From Lama guanicoe (Eukaryota), in the NCBI GenBank assembly GCA_013239625.1, contig MU055600.1:12687010-12751009 (forward strand): a stretch of DNA of 64,000 bases. Reading direction: 5' to 3'. A program made the position numbers and the translations under genes. Below are positions 57,370 through 64,000 of the stretch, in pieces; the stretch's first letter is position 1; each line of letters begins with the position of its first letter. The notes beneath the pieces were generated by a model. The model was given only the letters and a program-made list of their open reading frames with translations. It ran no database searches and was not told the DNA's origin.

Positions 57370-59049
57370 GCGGATGTATGATCTGTATGGGGTCCTGGCC
57401 ACCAAGATTAGTCACCGCCACTCTGCAGCCACATGAATCAAGAAGGGAAGCTCCAAGTGTTCTGGAGCTTGCCCCTTTCTGCCTCGTGCTTCCACCGGCA
57501 GGACTGAGGATGTAGGCAGAGAGCCTCTGAAAGTAAAGGGAGCCTCAGAATTCCGTGGGTTCCTTGTAAGAACCTCTTCTCTCCTTCCTTTACCAATATT
57601 CATAACCTCAATGCTACCATCTGCCTTGAGACTATCAACCCTTTTTCTTTATGCCTTTCATACCCTTGCTTACTTTGGTTACCACAGGGTGGGCTCCAGA
57701 GCATCTGTCACTTCCTGGACTCTCCTCCCCAGTCAGCTTTGTACACGTTCATTTATATCCGTCTCTCTTAAACCTTCCCGCCTTCAACCCAAATTCTTTA
57801 ATCTATTCTACTGGGCCTCTTGGAAATTACAGTCAGACATTAGCAAATCTACATTCCCAAGATATTTTACTCATCTCCTTGAACTGTCATTCAATGTCAT
57901 AACTGCTGGGATGTCAAAATGCACAGAGATTGTCTTTCCAGGACTTTCTGGCCTCTTAGTTCCTAAACTTCTTCTTTTCCAAAGATCTTGTCCTCCATCC
58001 TACCTCAGTCACTCGTTTCCATGGTTATACAAAAGTGATTCTCAACCACTGAAAGTATTTACAAACACTGTTTTAAGTCACTGTTTTGGGGGGCAAGATT
58101 ATAGGACCATTTAAAGTTGTCTTAAGCACTTGGAAGTTCTATGGCATTTAACGGGCAGAGGCCAAAGGTACTAAATGTCCTGTAATGTGGATCCCACTCT
58201 AAATATCAAAAGCACCTGCACTATTATCAGCAACTACTGCAATCTTTCCGTAACTCTAAGCATCTTCCTTTTCTATCACTACTTATCTTTCCAGCTCACT
58301 CCCTTTACTTAGTACTCTAACTCCAAGACTTCTCTGACACTCAAAATTTGTTGATCCTATCCCTTCCTCATGTCCTTATTTCCCTCTGAACATATTTTGG
58401 ATCCCACGGCCCATCATTATAATTGCTCCCTTCCTTGTGTACACCCTGCCCTCCTTTACTCTACTTTCTGGGCAAACCCCAATTCTAGTTAAATTCAATT
58501 CTCCACCTTTCTGTGATTGTACAATTGAATATACCTGTAGGAAAACACACAACCATCTGACTGTTCTCACTGTAAATTCATGACCACTAACCTCAAGTGG
58601 GCCCTTACTGCTGTCTGACAATTCAACTTTATTTCCCAAGTCCAATCACTCTTCTATTCTTTTAACTATTTCATTCCTTCTCCTCTCTCTTGAAACTTCT
58701 AACACTTCTTCCTGTTCTCACTCAAGTGTTGACTTTGCTTCCTAAGAAGACAGAAGCAACCAGATGAGAACTTTTACAAGCTCTCACCCCAAGTACCCAT
58801 TTACCTGCACCTGTGCCCAAACACTCTGCATTCGCTCCTGCTAAGTGGATGAGCTAAGGTAACCTGTCCAGATGCGCACTAGATCTTATATGCCTTCTGA
58901 AGGGCACTGCTTCAGCAATTCTTTCTTACATTATTATTTTGTGATCTTTCCATATTTGGATCACTCTTAGCATATGTACTGTAAATTCTCCTATCAAGAA
59001 AAAAAAATCCCTTTGGATCTTTTATCCTGGATCATGACTATTTAATATT

Positions 59050-60360
59050 TGAAAAGAAGTTTAAAATTAGACTACTTGCCCTACAAGATATCAGGATTCC
59101 TTATAAAGTTACCATAATTAAGAAAGTGTAGTACTGACCAAAGGGACAGAATAGAGAACCCAGGGAGAGGCCCATGGCTATATGACAGAAAGGAAAGGAG
59201 AGATTATTTAATAAATGGTGCTGGTTAAATAGCTATGGTATGGGAAAAAATGCAGTGGGATCCTACCTCATACCATACATAAAATTCCAGATGGGCTAAA
59301 CATTAAAATGTTAACAACAAAACTCTACAATCTTAAAAGGAAATACAGGAGACATTATCTTTCTGACATTAAAAAGTTTGACTACAATAAAATTAAAAAA
59401 GCCTGTTCACTAGTAGGTATCATAAAGAAACTGAACAGATAAGCCACAAATTTGGAGAAGATATCTGTAATGCATATGGCCACCCATGTTAGCTAGAATC
59501 CAGAACAGATAAAGGAGTTCTACAACTCAATAAGAAAAAAAAAATCCAATTGGAAATGGGCAGCAAACCAAAAGCAAGCACTGCACAGAAGAGGGAACAT
59601 GGATGGTCAATAAACATAAGAAAAGAAGCTCAGCCTCATTATTGATCAAAGAATCACAAACTAAGACTATAATTTACACCCACTATATTGACAAAAATTG
59701 TGAAGTCTGATAATGCCAAGTTAGTTACAGGGAACTCATACACTGATGGTGGGAGTATAAATTGGTCCAACTACAAGAAAAATAATTTGGCATTATCTTG
59801 TAAAGTTAAAAACCATAAATTCATGACTCAGCACATCCGGTTCTACTTTACATACCCTAAAGAAACCTGTGCAAATGTGCACTAGGAGACAAATATGAGA
59901 ATGCTCACAGCAACACAGTTATAAATGCAAAAAGCTAGGAACAACCAAAATGCCCATGAATAGGAGACTGGATAAAGAAAGTGCGGTATACTCGTAAAAT
60001 TGAGTATTATACAGCAATGAAAAATGAGCAAACCACTCTACACATAAGGAATCTTGGAAGCATAGTAGTGAGTAGATGTCATAATTTAAAAAAAAAGCTT
60101 TTTCAAAAATAAGCAAAATTCAATTATTATTTAAATATATACCTATACGTTAGGTAGGGGTTAAAATTCTGACAATGAAAGAAAATAATGAATATAACAC
60201 TAGTGGTCATCTCTGGGTAGGAAGAAGATGGGGCCAGGGAAGAACATGTGAACAGATACAAGTTATCATTATGTTCTAGTTTTTGGGTTAAGTAGTAGGT
60301 ATTCTTTAGAATACTATGCTTATTCCTTGATACTTCTTTTGTGTATAAAAATATATTAAA
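59050..60360 (+). mobile_element. Old LINE-1 (L1ME-like) ORF2 end and 3'UTR
   Basis: Degenerate L1 motifs ('ttatttaataaatggtgctgg', 'cctacctcataccatacataaaa', 'ggaactcatacactgatggtgggagtataaattgg'). Confidence 0.75.
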
Positions 60361-61256
60361 AATAGGCTAAAAATAAAAAGAGCTCAGGCTCTTGCTTCAA
60401 ATTACAGCTCCTATGAGCTGTGTGACCCTGGGCCAATCCTTTCAGCCTCAGTTTCCCAGCTACCTCCTGGGACTCATGTAAGGATTAAATGCACACACAA
60501 TATTTAGCACAGGGTGTGGCACACGGTAAAAATGTGAGCCACTGCTACTCTGCCTCTCTTGCTGTTTCTCACTTTTAGTAGCAACTATTCTCGAGGTGCT
60601 TTAAGATATTAAAGTAGAAATTGTTTCACTAACAGAAAAATGAATCTACAATGAAAGAGACACAGAGTGGGAAGCCATCAGTAGTATGTAACAGTTGAAA
60701 CTGTGAGTGCATAAGATGGACACAGAGGGAGGTTTCAGAGTAGAAGTGTGCCACGACAGACAGACAAAAGTGCTCTAGAAAGAGACTGAGAAGGAACTGG
60801 GAGAAGAAGAGACTGGTGATCTGGAGGCAATGTCAGGAGAAAGTGGCTAATGGTATTAAATGTTGCAGAGTGAAATAAAGACTAGAGGAGACGCTGGATT
60901 TGGCAAGAGGATCACTAGGGACCTTTATGAGAGCAGTTTCAATGAAATGGTCAAAGAAGAAACAAGAGTGCCATGGGTTGAAGCATGAGTAGGAGGTGAG
61001 AAAATGGACACTGAGAGAAAAGAAAACTGTTTTAAGAAGTCAGAGATGAAGAGAAATGTGAAAAGAGTAGGCTATATGGTGGAAGGGAGGTATCTTTAAG
61101 GTTAAGGGACATCTGATACCATTTACAGGCAGAGAGCAAGAAGCCAGGAGAAAAGCAAACAAAGGTCTAGGAGAGAAAGGGGACAACTGATGGTGTGGCC
61201 TTGGAGAAAGGAGGAGGGGGTGATATTCTGGACTCTGGTAACAGAAAGGTGCAGAT

Positions 61257-61421
61257 CAGTGCTTCTCAAACTTTAATGTGCGTACGAATGGCTTGGGGGT
61301 TTAGTTAAAACACAGATTCTCATTTGGCAGGTCTAGGGTTGGGCCTAAGATTATGCATTTCTAAGAAGCCCCCGGGGGTGCTGATGCTACCTGTCTGCAG
61401 ACCACACTCTGAGTAGTGAGA
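61257..61421. mobile_element. MER5A-like hAT-Charlie MITE
   Basis: 'cagtgcttctcaaactt...gcaggtctagggttgggcctaaga...tgcatttctaa...gaccacactctgagtag'; flanks gtgcagat/gtgtagac resemble an 8-bp TSD. Confidence 0.85.
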
Positions 61422-62549
61422 GTGTAGACTGCCTCTTCCTCTGTCACAGAAAGAGCAGCTAGAAATAAGACTGGCAGTAAAGGGGAGACAAGCTGTGGAT
61501 TGCTGTGTGCATATGGAAGCTACCTAGGATGAAGGTACAGGCAAGATAAAAAGAAAATCAAATCCAAGTCAGGTACTCAAACCTTCAGTGACTGTTAGCA
61601 GGCCTCTGTCTCTGGGAGAGCTGCAGGCAAAGGCAGTGACAGAGGACTAGTTACTGAAGTGAGGTCAACAGAAGGAAGATAGGCAGAGGACAAAGCAAAG
61701 CTGAGCTGGGTGAGAGGAGTAAGGGAACAGTCAGAAACAAAATTAACTTGAGAATAATTATTGGTACTGGATGCAGGAGGAGACAGTTGAGAGGTAAACA
61801 GTATTGACAAGGGTGGGCAAGAACTCAACTGAAACCAGAATTTAAAGAGTAGTAACAGTATATTCTATGGGCATTGTTTTAAAATGACTTGCCACTGTCC
61901 AATTAGTCTTCATATGAGTCTCTATGGAGACTCATGGAAAATGACCAGGGGCAAAATTTGCCTTTACTAAAACTTTTACAAAGATGGACTTGCCTGTGAC
62001 TGTGAAGTTAACAGAGGTTAATTAACAAAAGTTAACAAGATTCAAAGTGAACAAGTTTTCCCTTTGGATACTTTAAATATCAATATTCACATATTTAAAT
62101 ATTTAAAATCTCCATGGGTATATTAAATGAATCACTGCCTCTAGGGAAGAAGGACAGTATAAAATGCCCTATTTTGAACATGCTATTCATTTTATAATAA
62201 AATAAATGCAACTGTCAAATTTTGAGGTGGCATTTCATAATTTTAATGCTTCACACCTTACTTTAAAAAACTCTCAAGTTGTTGAAGTTGGTTTAAAAAA
62301 GGAATAAACCTGTTCATAGAGTTCCAAACTGATAGGCAGGTGTAATTCCCACCTGGCTCTCTTTTGTCCTCAGACTCTAAGCATCTAATCACTTATTCAG
62401 GAGCTGTGAATGAACGTACATGTCAAGCTGAGAATGTTTTTTTATTCATTTACTAAGGCAACGTTCACTAATGCTGAGATATGAATCCTGTTCTAAGGCA
62501 AAATGTCTTCTAGGTTAATAGATTAGAAAAATTACAGGTATATATTTAC

Positions 62550-62696
62550 CCCTTCACTGGTTTTTTGCAAGTCTGAAGTTGTGTTTCTTGTGTCATTGCC
62601 GGCATCTCCACCCTCAGAGCTGCTTTTATTTTCTTCTTCTTTGCAGTCCTTGTCATCTTCATCTCCTGGAGATTTCCGGGACTGTTTAGAGGATTT
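62550..62696 (-). CDS. HDGFL3: HDGF-like 3 (HRP-3) penultimate coding exon (147 nt, phase 0/0)
   Basis: atttag|AAA; KSSKQSRKSPGDEDDKDCKEEENKSSSEGGDAGNDTRNTTSDLQKTSEG; GGG|GTAAAT. Not in the ORF track because it has no start codon. Confidence 0.95.
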
Positions 62697-63833
62697 CTAA
62701 ATGTTTAGACAAGTTAAAAATTACAGTCAAAAGCAGAAATCCAAATGGACAAGTGTAAGTAAGAAATGCAGAAGTAGCTGACCTACATCCCGTCTTTGTG
62801 GCTTGATACAGGATATACCAATACAACATGCAGTGTGTGAAGACCATGCTAGGTGACCTCGCAAGTCATTTCACCTCCCTAGGCCTCAGTTTAACCAGCT
62901 AGACAGGAAGTAGAGGTGGACTAGATGACCGTTTAGCTCTTTCTAGCCGTGTGACAGTATAAGTAGAAAATAAAGATTCACAACCCTAGAACACTGTCAA
63001 TGAATAAATATAGCTGGATGGACAACATTCTGGGAAGGCTACAGAGCTAGAAGGCACTCTAAAGGTCACCTTGTCATTCCCCATCATTTCATAGCAGAAG
63101 CGAGGTTCTTCTAAAGAAGCAAGGTAAACCATCCAAGATACTACATGGAGATTCATTTTGCCTATACTTGTCAAAGCTGTTTGGTTAATGGTATACGTGG
63201 AATGATCTTAACAAAACTTTTGTAACACCATGTAATATAAATTAACTTTAATGTTTTAAGTTATGGAGAGTTATTTAAGAACTCCAGGCCATACTGGTGA
63301 ACTAGCCCCCTTTTTCTTATCATCTTGCATTTGAAATCAGGACGAACTCCAGAAGATGAAAATACAATTATAGTTCACTGCCAGAGATGCTTTGCAGAAC
63401 AGCATTAAAATGACCACAGCTGGCCCCACTATGCACCTATAAGAAAGTAAAATGTAGCATTTCACTAATATTTCCTCTTTGAGAAATTTCAAGAGTCTGT
63501 AAGCATATCACAAATAACAGCTAAGGCAAAACTGATTAAGCCAAATCACTTTTGGTCTTACAGAAATGAACTAGCAAATCGGAGCTTCCTCAGACAATAC
63601 TTTAAAATGCAACTTCCAAAAAGAAAATATCTTCTAGCTATGTGATACAATATATAATTACATTGCTTTTTTACTTAACTGAAACTACCAACCAAGCCCA
63701 AAATGTCAGTTTAAAATGAGGTCATCTTTATTTTTTACATGGAGGGAAAGCAGGAATTTAATACTAATAGTCCAAATGTGGAGTGCTTAAAGTTAAAGTT
63801 AAGATCAAGTATGCCAATATAAAAAGTGAAATA

Positions 63834-63939
63834 TGGGGGGAAGGGTATATCTCAGTGGTAGAGTGCGTGCTTAGCATGCATGAGGTCCTGGGTTCAAACC
63901 ACCAGTACCTCCATTAAGAAATAAAATGAAATAAAATTA
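63834..63939 (+). mobile_element. tRNA-Ala(AGC)-derived SINE (vic-1-like, camelid)
   Basis: Near-complete tRNA-Ala body (A box 'tatctcagtgg', anticodon arm 'cttagcatg', B box 'ggttcaaacc'), A-rich tail and perfect 13-bp TSD aaaaagtgaaata (63821-63833 / 63940-63952). Confidence 0.85.
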
Positions 63940-64000
63940 AAAAAGTGAAATACTTCTGTTCTCCTCTCCTAGTAAATACAGTATAATTACTGAAATGTAG

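Noticed and set aside
63835..63913. Functional tRNA-Ala gene
   Set aside because: A-rich tail, 13-bp TSD, extra 5' G-run, and substitutions in the D and T arms indicate a retroposed SINE.

Overview
Mammalian (probably camelid) genomic DNA covering the BTBD1 - TM6SF1 - HDGFL3 neighbourhood. BTBD1 coding exon 1 (853-1265, minus) and its CpG-island promoter are at the left. About 23 kb of transposon-rich spacer follows. The complete 10-exon TM6SF1 gene (plus; ATG 25301, stop 51133) has GT-AG junctions throughout and sums to 1113 nt = 370 aa + stop. The last two exons of HDGFL3/HRP-3 (minus; 62550-62696 and a terminal exon coding only Thr-stop at 53735-53740) converge on TM6SF1. No prokaryotic-type system (CRISPR, operon etc.) is present. 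The most interesting signals are regulatory: a perfect AATAAATTTATT palindrome that could serve as a poly(A) signal on both strands, two candidate minus-strand alternative last exons that would swap the HDGFL3 C-terminus and run antisense through TM6SF1, a 111-codon upstream overlapping ORF open across four spliced TM6SF1 exons, and a strong-Kozak uORF in BTBD1. All are predictions from sequence alone. Repeat family names are by eye and most repeat boundaries are approximate.
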